Under the pieces are notes generated by a model. It saw only the letters and a program-made list of their open reading frames with translations. It was not told the DNA's origin and ran no database searches. Shown in pieces: positions 22,479-31,336 of a DNA stretch of 64,000 bases. Where the stretch lies: positions 4,308 through 68,307 of the forward strand of contig CAMBXP010000002.1 in NCBI GenBank assembly GCA_945871895.1. The letters are read 5' to 3'. Numbering within the stretch: the first letter of the stretch is position 1; each line of letters opens with the position of its first letter. A program made the position numbers and the translations under genes. Source of the stretch: Chryseobacterium gleum (GTDB lineage: Bacteria; Bacteroidota; Bacteroidia; Flavobacteriales_C; GCA-002722245).

Positions 22479-23039
22479 ATGAAAATGCTAAAGGAAGTTG
22501 CACTTAAATTCTTAAATTTGTTAGGAGATATGGCTAAAAAACGATATATTGATATAGAAGTTGATAAGTTAACAAATTCGATAGTTAACATCATTTCACA
22601 GGAGGTCTTTGAAACAGAATTTGCGAAAGTTAGCAGTAAGGAAATTAAAAAATCGGATTGGCTTTTTGATTGGCACAAAGAGTTGAAGGATAAAAACAAT
22701 CAAGTTTACAAGATGACTACTGTTGAGAATAAGACAGTTGTTCAAGGATTGATTTCATTAACTGTTTCGGATAAATATGTTTTTGTGAATATTGTTGAGA
22801 ATGCTAAGTTTAATCGAGGAAAGCAGAAAATGTATTTAGGTGTAGGAGGAAATATGTTTGCCTTTGCGTGTAAAATTTCAAGAGATATGGGCTTTGATGG
22901 GTATGTCGGGTTTGTTGCTAAAACAGCATTGATTGAATATTATAATAAAACTCTCGGAGCGCAATTGGCAATAGGACAAAGGATGTTTATTGGCGAAGCA
23001 GCAGCAAATGAATTGATTATTCAATATTTTAAAAAATAA
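22479..23039 (+). CDS. Hypothetical protein, possibly a GNAT-fold acyltransferase
   Basis: 186 aa. The C-terminal half (VFVNIVENAKFNRGKQKMYLGVGGNMFAFACKISRDMGFDGYVGFVAKTAL) resembles a GNAT acetyl-CoA-binding core only weakly. Lies inside the repeat-flanked insert. Confidence 0.3.
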   Translation: MKMLKEVALKFLNLLGDMAKKRYIDIEVDKLTNSIVNIISQEVFETEFAKVSSKEIKKSDWLFDWHKELKDKNNQVYKMTTVENKTVVQGLISLTVSDKYVFVNIVENAKFNRGKQKMYLGVGGNMFAFACKISRDMGFDGYVGFVAKTALIEYYNKTLGAQLAIGQRMFIGEAAANELIIQYFKK

Positions 23040-23043
23040 CGTT

Positions 23044-23193
23044 ATGAAACTACAAAAAGAATCAAGAGAAATCGACCTTTATGTTTCCAATAAAAGGATG
23101 ACAGCTAAGGAAGCGAAAGAATTTAGCGATTTTATTGAACAAGTAAAGAAAAAGGAAATGCTTAAAAAAAGTAAACATAGAAAAGCAGCTTAA
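23044..23193 (+). CDS. Small lysine-rich ORF (49 aa), operonic with the preceding gene
   Basis: The ATG lies 4 nt after the upstream stop codon. MKLQKESREIDLYVSNKRMTAKEAKEFSDFIEQVKKKEMLKKSKHRKAA. No homology recognised. Confidence 0.2.
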   Translation: MKLQKESREIDLYVSNKRMTAKEAKEFSDFIEQVKKKEMLKKSKHRKAA

Positions 23194-23260
23194 TAATTAG
23201 TTAAATTTATTTGAAGCTCGAAGCAGAAATGTTTTGGGTGCAATTTAATCCATTACTTAA

Positions 23261-23626
23261 TCCAAATGCTTTAAATGTCACAACGATAATGAGCATTTGT
23301 ATGAGGCAATGCGCTATGTGGAGTTAAATCCACTTAGAGCTGGGATAGTGAATAGAATAGATGGATATCAATGGTCGAGCATGAAGGAGCATTTGAATGG
23401 AAAAGGTAAAATGCGCTTAGATGATGTAAATAAACATTTAGAAATAGATGACTGGAAAGAATGTTTGCGCGAAAAAGCTGATGAAGAATTGGTGAAAAAT
23501 AGTAGAAACAAAACCAAAGTGGGTAAGCCGCTTGGAGATGCTAAATTCATTAAGAAAATAGAAAAGCTCACAGGTAAAAGCTTCACCTTTAGAAAAAGCG
23601 GAAGACCTAAGAAAGAAATTAAATAA
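23261..23626 (+). pseudogene. 3'-terminal remnant of a RayT / IS200-like (COG1943) tyrosine transposase
   Basis: The frame reads ...HLYEAMRYVELNPLRAGIVNRIDGYQWSS..., matching the conserved C-terminal block of REP-associated tyrosine transposases (YLLELIRYIHLNPVRAGLV...YKWSS). There is no ATG and an in-frame stop at 23258. The HuH N-terminal domain is absent. Confidence 0.6.
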
Positions 23627-23657
23627 ATATTTACGGCTGTCCCGTGTGCCGAACACT

Positions 23658-23788
23658 ATCATCAATTATTCGAAAGCCTTAAGCGTACGTAATTCTAGAA
23701 TGTTGGATACGGTTAGCTTGTTGCTAAATTAGTTGGTTGATATTGACTATTGAAAAGCGCTTAGGGTAAAGGGTCCCTGAGCGCTTTT
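23658..23788 (+). repeat. 131-bp direct repeat, copy 2
   Basis: Near-identical to 22195-22325. It encodes an orphan copy of the last 24 codons of the upstream ORF plus the terminator hairpin. Confidence 0.85.
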
Positions 23789-23812
23789 TGTTTTTTGTAC
23801 TATATTTACCCA

Positions 23813-24235
23813 ATGGCAAGAGTTATAGCAATTGATTATGGCAATAAAAGAGTAGGGCTGGCAGTAACCGACCCCGATCAAATCATTGCATCGGGACTCA
23901 CCACTATTCATTCCTCAGAGTTATTTGATTTTCTTACAAAATATTTCGCCAAAGAGAAAGTGGAAGCCATTGTTTTAGGCTATCCGCGCAGATTGAATTT
24001 AGAAGCCAATCAAATGACTAAGATCGTTGAGGATTTGGCCGTGAGCTTAGGTAGAAAGTTCTCAACGATGAAGGTAGTGAAGGTTGATGAGCGCTTTACA
24101 TCGATGATGGCAGCGCAAACATTGGTGATGAGCGGCTTGAAAAAGAAAGACCGTCAGAAAAAGGAATTACTCGATGAAGTGGCCGCTACCATTATCCTTC
24201 AATCATATTTAGACCAAATTAGGCATAAATTGTAA
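23813..24235 (+). CDS. ruvX: Holliday-junction resolvase-like YqgF/RuvX (pre-16S rRNA nuclease)
   Basis: MARVIAIDYGNKRVGLAVTD... with conserved Asp and Glu residues. Length ~140 aa. The listed ORF starts at a TTG 18 nt upstream. Confidence 0.85.
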   Translation: MARVIAIDYGNKRVGLAVTDPDQIIASGLTTIHSSELFDFLTKYFAKEKVEAIVLGYPRRLNLEANQMTKIVEDLAVSLGRKFSTMKVVKVDERFTSMMAAQTLVMSGLKKKDRQKKELLDEVAATIILQSYLDQIRHKL

Positions 24236-24257
24236 ACAATTTCTTTATTTTCGCCCC

Positions 24258-24827
24258 ATGATTTTACCTATTGTAGCATACGGCGACCCAGTTTTAAGGG
24301 AAGTAGCAGTGGATATTACCAAAGATTATGAAGGCTTTGACGCTTTTTTGCAAAATATGTGGGATACTATGTACGAGGCCGATGGCGTTGGACTGGCTGC
24401 TCCTCAAGTGGGCAAAGCCATTAGATTGTTTGTGGTTGATGCCAGCACTTTTGCCGATGAAGCCCCTTCGCTAGCCGATTTTAAAAAGGTTTTTATCAAT
24501 GCCGAAATTATAGAAGAATTTGATGAAGAATGGGCGTTCAACGAAGGTTGTTTAAGTATACCGGGCGTTAGAGAAGATGTTACCAGACTTTCGAAAATTA
24601 GAATCAAATATGTAGACGAGCACTTTAAGGCGCATGAAGAAGAGTTCGATGGTATGGCCGCACGTATCATTCAGCATGAATACGACCATATTGAAGGCGT
24701 TCTTTTTACCGATCATTTGGGTGCTTTGAGAAAAAGAATGGTGAAGAAAAAATTAGAAGATATCTCAAAAGGTAACGTGAAAGTTGCGTACAAGATGAAA
24801 TTTCCTTTACTTAGAAGAATTAAATAA
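24258..24827 (+). CDS. def: Peptide deformylase
   Basis: 189 aa. Motif 1 GVGLAAPQVG, motif 2 EGCLSIPG, motif 3 QHEYDHIEG. Confidence 0.95.
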   Translation: MILPIVAYGDPVLREVAVDITKDYEGFDAFLQNMWDTMYEADGVGLAAPQVGKAIRLFVVDASTFADEAPSLADFKKVFINAEIIEEFDEEWAFNEGCLSIPGVREDVTRLSKIRIKYVDEHFKAHEEEFDGMAARIIQHEYDHIEGVLFTDHLGALRKRMVKKKLEDISKGNVKVAYKMKFPLLRRIK

Positions 24828-24842
24828 GATACAGTTAGTTAT

Positions 24843-25391
24843 ATGAAAAAAATACTTGCCCTTTCCCTTACTTTCGCTCTCTTCGCTTGCGGAGGTTCTC
24901 ACAGATCAGAAGCCGATTTAGTTATTGATTTCAAACACAAAAAAGAAGTGTTTGATATGAATTGGAATTCAGGTAAAATAGATAAGTTGAAGTTAGAAAG
25001 CGACAGCACCTTGCAAATCGCTGAAGAAATTATAGCCGAATACCCTGCTGCCGCAGAAATGCCCGATGTATTGTTTAACGCAGGTGACGTGTCTTCAAAA
25101 ATGGAAAACTACGAAAAAGCTGTTGTTTACTATTCTTCTTTCGTTGAGAAATTTCCTCAACATGAAAATGCTTCTTATGCTCTTTGGTTGTTGGCTTATC
25201 AATATGAATTGATGAACAACATCGATAAAGCGATTGAGACTTTTCAGTCGGTAAGAAAAAATTACCCCGATTCTCCTTGGGAAGAAAATGCAAAAACTAA
25301 AATTTTAGATTTGAACGATGTCAAAGAAAGAGCTAAAGAAGATGCTCAAATTAAACAAGCATTCGATTCGTTAGAATCTTCAATGAAATAG
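24843..25391 (+). CDS. TPR-like lipoprotein
   Basis: 182 aa. Lipobox LFACG. TPR-like helical repeats (KAVVYYSSFVEKFPQHENASYALWLLAYQYELMNNIDKAIETFQ). Confidence 0.55.
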   Translation: MKKILALSLTFALFACGGSHRSEADLVIDFKHKKEVFDMNWNSGKIDKLKLESDSTLQIAEEIIAEYPAAAEMPDVLFNAGDVSSKMENYEKAVVYYSSFVEKFPQHENASYALWLLAYQYELMNNIDKAIETFQSVRKNYPDSPWEENAKTKILDLNDVKERAKEDAQIKQAFDSLESSMK

Positions 25392-25537
25392 AAACTTAAT
25401 TTCACTAAAAATCCTCCGCATTAAAACGGGGGATTTTTTTTGATTTTTGCTCACAACATTATTTTAAATTTAACTTTCAAATAAGTACTTTGGTAGCACT
25501 TAATGTCGGTTAAAAACGAATTAATTTTTTATATAAA

Positions 25538-27283
25538 ATGACTATGAAGTATTTAGTTTTAGGTATCGTAAGTTTAGCATTTTTTGCTTGTGGCGGAGGG
25601 GACGGAAAAAATGAAAATAAAAAAAATGAGGTGTTGATACACGAGTTGGCAGATCCTATTACTTTAAATCCGATTCTCGAAGCCGATGCCAATACAGGTT
25701 ATATCTTAGGCAATGTTTATCAAACATTATTAGGTCACGACAGAGATGATTTTAAAACTTATCCCTTATTGGTAGATTCTTTGCCTCTTCTAACAACTAA
25801 TCTTCAAGACAGCTCAATGGAGTTTTCATTTAGATTGAGAAAAGAAGCTTCTTGGGATGACCAAACGCCATTAACCTCAGAAGATGTGGCTTTTGCTTTG
25901 AAATTATTTAAAGTACCAACTATTGAATGTGCTTCTTTGCGGTCTTATTTTGAAATGTTTGATGATATTGTTTTAGACCCAAAAAACGATAAGAAGTTTA
26001 CAATACATTGCAATAGATTGTACCATATGGCAGAAGATGCTATTGGTGGCTTAGGTTTAATGAATCCTAAGGTTTTTGACCCTAAGGGAGTTTTAAAAAA
26101 ATATACAGTGAAACAATTGTCGGAGATTAAAAAATTAGATGCAAATGCCATTAAAGAATTAGATGCTTATGCTAAGTTTTTTAATGAATCTTTTAACAAT
26201 AAGGTGCTTGCTGGTTCGGGTACCGGCCCCTACGATTTTGAAAAATGGGAGACCATGCAGCGAATTGTATTAAAGAAAAAACAAAACTGGTGGGGAGCAA
26301 AAGTGAAAGATGGCCAAAAGTATTTTCAGGCTAATCCCAATAAGTTGGTGTACGAAACCATCAAAGATTTTAATAATGCTATAGTGAAACTTAAAGGAGG
26401 AAAACTAGATGTAGTGTCTAGTATACCTAATCGAGATTTTGTTCAAGATTTACAATCCAATAAAGTAATGCAAGAGAAATTACATCTCTTTAATCCTCCT
26501 CAGTTTGCTTACGAATTTTTTGGAATGAATATGAAGCACAAGAAGTTTCATGATGTAAGGGTTCGTAAGGCAATATCGCATTTGGTAGATGTGGATAAAA
26601 TTGTAGAAGTGGTTTGTTATGGCTTAGGAGAAAGAGTTGCTAGCTTTGTACATCCATCTAAAAAAGAACAGTACAACGATAAGATTGAACTTCCCGATTA
26701 CAGTGTAGAAAAAGCAAAGAAACTATTGGCCGAAGCAGGATGGAAAGATTCTAACGGCGATGGAGTAGTAGATAAAATGATAGGAGGAGAGAAGGTAGAA
26801 CTGGAAATTAATTTGATGTACAATGTAGAAAATGAAAGAAGAAAAAAAACTTGCGTCTATTTTTTAGAAGGTGCGAAAGCAGCAGGAGTGAAGATTATCA
26901 TTCAGCCTAAGGCTTGGCCTAAAATGTTGGAAGAGAAAAATAAGCACAACTTCGAAATGTATATTGCTGGTTGGATTTCTTCTCCTTTCGAAAGTGATCC
27001 TTACCAAATATGGCATACTTCATCTTACAATGGAGGAAGCAATGATGTTGGATTTGGCAATGCCGCATCGGATGCTTTAATCGAAAAGTTGAGAACAACC
27101 ATGAACAAAGAAGAAAGAAATCAATACTATAAAGACTTGCAAATGATGATTAGTAAAGAGGTGCCTTGTGTTTTTCTTTTCTCACAAAAGGAAAGAATTG
27201 CGGTAAACAAACGCTGGACTAATGTAACGGCAAGTGGCTTGCGTCCGGGCTTTGAAGCTACAATGTTTAAACTGGTTCAATAA
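25538..27283 (+). CDS. ABC transporter substrate-binding protein, family 5 (peptide/nickel type)
   Basis: 581 aa. Lipobox signal (FFACGGG). SBP_bac_5-like architecture. Confidence 0.8.
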   Translation: MTMKYLVLGIVSLAFFACGGGDGKNENKKNEVLIHELADPITLNPILEADANTGYILGNVYQTLLGHDRDDFKTYPLLVDSLPLLTTNLQDSSMEFSFRLRKEASWDDQTPLTSEDVAFALKLFKVPTIECASLRSYFEMFDDIVLDPKNDKKFTIHCNRLYHMAEDAIGGLGLMNPKVFDPKGVLKKYTVKQLSEIKKLDANAIKELDAYAKFFNESFNNKVLAGSGTGPYDFEKWETMQRIVLKKKQNWWGAKVKDGQKYFQANPNKLVYETIKDFNNAIVKLKGGKLDVVSSIPNRDFVQDLQSNKVMQEKLHLFNPPQFAYEFFGMNMKHKKFHDVRVRKAISHLVDVDKIVEVVCYGLGERVASFVHPSKKEQYNDKIELPDYSVEKAKKLLAEAGWKDSNGDGVVDKMIGGEKVELEINLMYNVENERRKKTCVYFLEGAKAAGVKIIIQPKAWPKMLEEKNKHNFEMYIAGWISSPFESDPYQIWHTSSYNGGSNDVGFGNAASDALIEKLRTTMNKEERNQYYKDLQMMISKEVPCVFLFSQKERIAVNKRWTNVTASGLRPGFEATMFKLVQ

Positions 27284-27291
27284 ACAGAACG

Positions 27292-28701
27292 ATGTTTAAG
27301 TATCTCTTAAAACGAATTTTATTTTTTCTTCCAACCATTTGGATTATTTCGCTGCTCACCTTTAGTTTAAGCGTGAACTCTCCTGGAGATCCTGTAGAGT
27401 TGATGCTAAATATTGCGGGGGAGAGCGGTCAAAATGCCGATAAACAAGCACAGCAGTTTGAGTACGATAAAATGAGGGAGAAACTACATTTAAATCTTCC
27501 TGTTTTTTATTGCACTGTATCATCACTGGCTGAACCAGATACTCTTTATAAGGTTAAAAAGAAATTACACCGCGAAAATTTATCGCGTTTGCTTGATCAA
27601 TATGGCGATTGGCAATCGGTAAGTGATTACTATTATGCTCTTCAGGACTTAGATACAGAACTCGGTGCGCTGAGGTTAGAAGACTCTCTGCAAGATAAAC
27701 TGATTGTTTTGCGCCAAAATGTTGCCGAACTTTTTTTTAAATATGATGATGCGATCATTAGCAACAGAATAACCAAAATTGTAAAGGAGTCGAAGGCCAT
27801 TCGTGAGGCAGAATTATTGGCGATTCAACTTCAACAAAAGTATGCGCATTTAAAAATGCATGAGGTAAGTTGGACATCTTATGTGCCTTCCCTCAATTGG
27901 TATGGCACCAACAACCAATATCATATTTGGTTAAACAATTTACTGCATGGTGATTTAGGAGTCTCTTACTTTCAAAAATTGCCAGTTCTTGAAGTGATTC
28001 AAAATAGAATTATGCCTACCGTTGTTTACAGTGTGTTGTCTATTCTTATTGCTTTTATGGTGAGCATTCCATTGGGAATTAGTTCTGCTGTTAATATCAA
28101 CACTAAAAGAGATAAAATCACAACCATCACCTTATTTGTTTTGTACTCTTTGCCTTCTTTTTGGGTGGGCACTTTACTAATCAATTATTTTACGAGTCCC
28201 GAATATCTAGATTGGTTTCCAAGCACTGGTATTAAAGATTTTGATGATTCGGCTTCTTTCTCAGAGAAGCTGGGCAACTATATGCACCATATGGCGCTTC
28301 CTTTGTTTTGCTATACCTATAGTTCTTTTGCATTTATATCTCGTCAGATGAGAGGCAGTATGATACAAACGCTTAATCAAGATTATATAAGAACGGCTTG
28401 GGCTAAGGGCTTGTCGGATAAACAAGTGTATTGGAAGCATGCACTAAGAAATTCGTTGTTGCCGGTTATTACTTTGTTGGCTTCTGTTTTTCCCTCGCTA
28501 ATAGCTGGTTCGGTAGTCATAGAGCATTTGTTTACACTTCCTGGAATGGGCTTGTTGGCCTACGAATCTGTTGTTACCAAAGATTTTCCTGTCATTTATG
28601 TTATCATGTTGTTCTCTGCAATTCTAACCTTAATTGGTTACCTCGTTGCCGATATATTATATGCTATTGTTGACCCTCGAATTTCATACAGTAAAAAATA
28701 A
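27292..28701 (+). CDS. ABC transporter permease (DppB/OppB-like) with extended N-terminal periplasmic region
   Basis: 469 aa. The C-terminal six-TM permease core carries the EAA-like loop (YIRTAWAKGLSDKQVYWKHALRNSLLPVITLLA). Confidence 0.8.
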   Translation: MFKYLLKRILFFLPTIWIISLLTFSLSVNSPGDPVELMLNIAGESGQNADKQAQQFEYDKMREKLHLNLPVFYCTVSSLAEPDTLYKVKKKLHRENLSRLLDQYGDWQSVSDYYYALQDLDTELGALRLEDSLQDKLIVLRQNVAELFFKYDDAIISNRITKIVKESKAIREAELLAIQLQQKYAHLKMHEVSWTSYVPSLNWYGTNNQYHIWLNNLLHGDLGVSYFQKLPVLEVIQNRIMPTVVYSVLSILIAFMVSIPLGISSAVNINTKRDKITTITLFVLYSLPSFWVGTLLINYFTSPEYLDWFPSTGIKDFDDSASFSEKLGNYMHHMALPLFCYTYSSFAFISRQMRGSMIQTLNQDYIRTAWAKGLSDKQVYWKHALRNSLLPVITLLASVFPSLIAGSVVIEHLFTLPGMGLLAYESVVTKDFPVIYVIMLFSAILTLIGYLVADILYAIVDPRISYSKK

Positions 28702-28762
28702 ATGATTTTTATAAAAACCAAAAAACACACATAAGTGATTTTTGTAAAAACCATTTTATTTG

Positions 28763-28770
28763 TATCTTTG
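28763..28770 (+). promoter_or_regulatory. TATCTTTG -7 box 20 nt upstream of the first DUF4143 ATPase gene
   Basis: Exact TAnnTTTG match inside the 89-bp gap between the permease gene and the ATPase gene. Confidence 0.4.
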
Positions 28771-28790
28771 TTTCAAAGTAAATTTGTTTT

Positions 28791-29984
28791 ATGGATAAGC
28801 TTTATGAGAAATCGTTTAAAAAGATAGATTCTCTTTCGCACACTTATCAGCGTGATTTTATAAAAAATATATCGACTAAAGATAGGCTGATCGGGTTGAA
28901 GGGGTCTCGCGGGGTGGGTAAAACCACTATGCTTTTACAGTATATCAAATACAATTTACCTGTATCTAAAGAAACCATTTACGTGTCTCTTGATGATTTG
29001 TACTTTTCTAGAAATACTTTGATTGATTTTACTGATTCTTTTGTAAAGAATGGCGGTAAGTATTTAATTTTAGATGAGGTGCATCGCTATGCTAATTGGT
29101 CGCAAGAAATAAAAAATATTTACGACGATCACTCTGAACTTCAAATTATTTATACTGGTTCTTCCATTCTTCATTTGCACAAGGCAAAAGCCGATTTAAG
29201 TCGGCGGTCGGTAATGCATGAATTACCTGGTTTGTCATTAAGAGAATTCATAGAGCTTAACACCGGCGAGAAGTTCTCCTGTTTTTCGCTAGAAGGAATT
29301 TTAGAAAATCACGTTGATATAGCAAGAAGTATTGTAAAAAAAATTAAACCAATAGCTGAATTTAATCGCTATTTGGAGTACGGCTATTATCCCTATTTTT
29401 TAGAGAATAAAGACAGTTATTTAATGAAGGTGGCCGAAACGGTTAATCTTATTTTAGAAATGGATTTGCCGCTTTACCAGCAGCTTAATTATTCGTCGGT
29501 AGATAAGTTAAAACAATTGTTGGCGATTATAGCAGAGTCGGTTCCTTTTAAACCTAACGTGATTAAGTTGGCAGATAAAATTGGTACTACAAGAAATACC
29601 ATAAAAGATAATTTTAATTACTTACACAGTGCAAGGGTGGTGAATTTACTTTTCTCGGCAACTAAAGGAATAAGTGCCTTGCAAAAACCCGATAAGGTGT
29701 ATTTAAACAATACCAATATTGCACACGCTTTAAAATCGAGAGAGTTAGATAAAGGGAATTTACGAGAGACTTTTTTTATGAATCAGCTCTCCATTAAACA
29801 CAATGTTACCTATACAGATAAAGGAGATTTTAAAATTGATGATCAATTTGTGTTTGAAGTGGGCGGTAAAAATAAGACTAGAGAGCAGGTGAAAGAGGTG
29901 AAAAACTCTTATTTGGCTCTTGATGATATTGAAATAGGCATGAATGATAAAATACCCTTGTGGTTATTTGGCTTTTTATATTGA
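28791..29984 (+). CDS. AAA+ ATPase of the AAA_14/DUF4143 family (paralogue 1)
   Basis: 397 aa. Walker A GSRGVGKTT, Walker B ILDEVH, a DUF4143-type C-terminal region. Ends ...IPLWLFGFLY, identical to the C-terminus of the paralogue at 31337-32524. Confidence 0.8.
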   Translation: MDKLYEKSFKKIDSLSHTYQRDFIKNISTKDRLIGLKGSRGVGKTTMLLQYIKYNLPVSKETIYVSLDDLYFSRNTLIDFTDSFVKNGGKYLILDEVHRYANWSQEIKNIYDDHSELQIIYTGSSILHLHKAKADLSRRSVMHELPGLSLREFIELNTGEKFSCFSLEGILENHVDIARSIVKKIKPIAEFNRYLEYGYYPYFLENKDSYLMKVAETVNLILEMDLPLYQQLNYSSVDKLKQLLAIIAESVPFKPNVIKLADKIGTTRNTIKDNFNYLHSARVVNLLFSATKGISALQKPDKVYLNNTNIAHALKSRELDKGNLRETFFMNQLSIKHNVTYTDKGDFKIDDQFVFEVGGKNKTREQVKEVKNSYLALDDIEIGMNDKIPLWLFGFLY

Positions 29985-29996
29985 AATTAGCAATTC

Positions 29997-31277
29997 ATGA
30001 GCGAAGATAAATTCACCTACCGCAAATACGTTTGGCAGCAATTCAAAAAGAATCGCGCTGCTTTGTTTGCTTTTCGTTTCATTACCGTGATGGCTTTTAT
30101 TGCTTTGTTTGCCAACATCATTGCCAACGACAAGCCGCTTTATTGCAAATACAAAGACAATACATATTTCCCTGCTTTTAGAGAATATGCGGTGGATTTA
30201 GGTTTGGTAAATTGGCCCGAAGATTTGTTGAATATCAATTGGAAATCAGAAACTTTTGAATCGGTCATTTGGGCACCCATTCCTTATGGTTCTACCGAAT
30301 TCGATTTTATGAACGATAGATATAGGAGTCCGCTAGCCGACCAAGATGTACTAAGCACTCGCTGGCACCATTGGTTAGGTACCGATGAACAAGGTAGAGA
30401 TGTGTTGTCGGGAGTGATTCATGGCACACAAACCGCTTTTATGGTGGGTATTGTTTCGGTAAGTATAACCTTGTTAATTGGTGTTTTCTTGGGTGCTTTT
30501 GCTGGTTTTTATGGCGACCATGATTTGCAAATTTCTCGAGTTCGTTTTTGGGCGAACTTCATCTTTTTACCCATAGCATTTTTCTACGGCTTTCAAGTGC
30601 GAGGTTTTATCATTTCCGATGCCTTCGCCGAATCTGCCGTATCTGGCTTCACCCAAATCTTCATCTCATTCCTTCTCTTCACCCTCAGTCTCACTCTCCT
30701 CAACTTCCTATTGTGGCCGTTTAAGAAAATTGCTTTCCTTGGTAAGAAAGTTAATTTGCCTTTAGATATGCTCATCAATAGAGTGATTGAAATTGTGGTG
30801 AGTGTACCTGGCTTAATTTTAATTATGGCAGTGGTGGCGGTGATTGCCAAGCCATCTATTTTTGTGGTAATGATTTTAATTGGATTGATGGGGTGGACGG
30901 GTATAGCGCGTTTTGTGCGCGCCGAGATGTTGCGCGTAAAGAAGATGGAATTTATTGATGCAGCAAAAGCTTTTGGCTACTCTGATTTTAGAACTATTTT
31001 TAAGCATGCCTTGCCCAATTGCTTAACTCCTGTTTTTATTGCCGCAGCTTTTGGTGTTGCAGGAGCTATATTAACCGAATCAACACTTTCATTCTTAGGC
31101 ATTGGTGTTGCTCCCGAAGATGTAACTTGGGGTTCATTGCTAAGTGCTGGAAGAAGCAATCCGAATGCGCATTGGTTGATTTTAACTCCCGGTATCGCCA
31201 TCTTTATCGTTGTTACTTTCTTCAATTTAATTGGGGAGGGGCTGACAGATGCCTTGGATCCTAGACAGAAGAAATGA
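29997..31277 (+). CDS. ABC transporter permease (DppC/OppC-like)
   Basis: 426 aa. N-terminal TM helix, periplasmic loop, and a permease core with the EAA-like loop (IDAAKAFGYSDFRTIFKHALPNCLTPV). Confidence 0.8.
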   Translation: MSEDKFTYRKYVWQQFKKNRAALFAFRFITVMAFIALFANIIANDKPLYCKYKDNTYFPAFREYAVDLGLVNWPEDLLNINWKSETFESVIWAPIPYGSTEFDFMNDRYRSPLADQDVLSTRWHHWLGTDEQGRDVLSGVIHGTQTAFMVGIVSVSITLLIGVFLGAFAGFYGDHDLQISRVRFWANFIFLPIAFFYGFQVRGFIISDAFAESAVSGFTQIFISFLLFTLSLTLLNFLLWPFKKIAFLGKKVNLPLDMLINRVIEIVVSVPGLILIMAVVAVIAKPSIFVVMILIGLMGWTGIARFVRAEMLRVKKMEFIDAAKAFGYSDFRTIFKHALPNCLTPVFIAAAFGVAGAILTESTLSFLGIGVAPEDVTWGSLLSAGRSNPNAHWLILTPGIAIFIVVTFFNLIGEGLTDALDPRQKK

Positions 31278-31308
31278 TTTTTGGTTACTTTAATAACCAA
31301 AAAATACA

Positions 31309-31316
31309 TATATTTG
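31309..31316 (+). promoter_or_regulatory. TATATTTG -7 box 20 nt upstream of the second DUF4143 ATPase gene
   Basis: Exact TAnnTTTG match. The flanking sequence (TGATTTTT...AACCAAAAAAYACAYATA) is similar to the region upstream of paralogue 1. Confidence 0.4.
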
Positions 31317-31336
31317 GTTGTTGTAATAACTAATTT

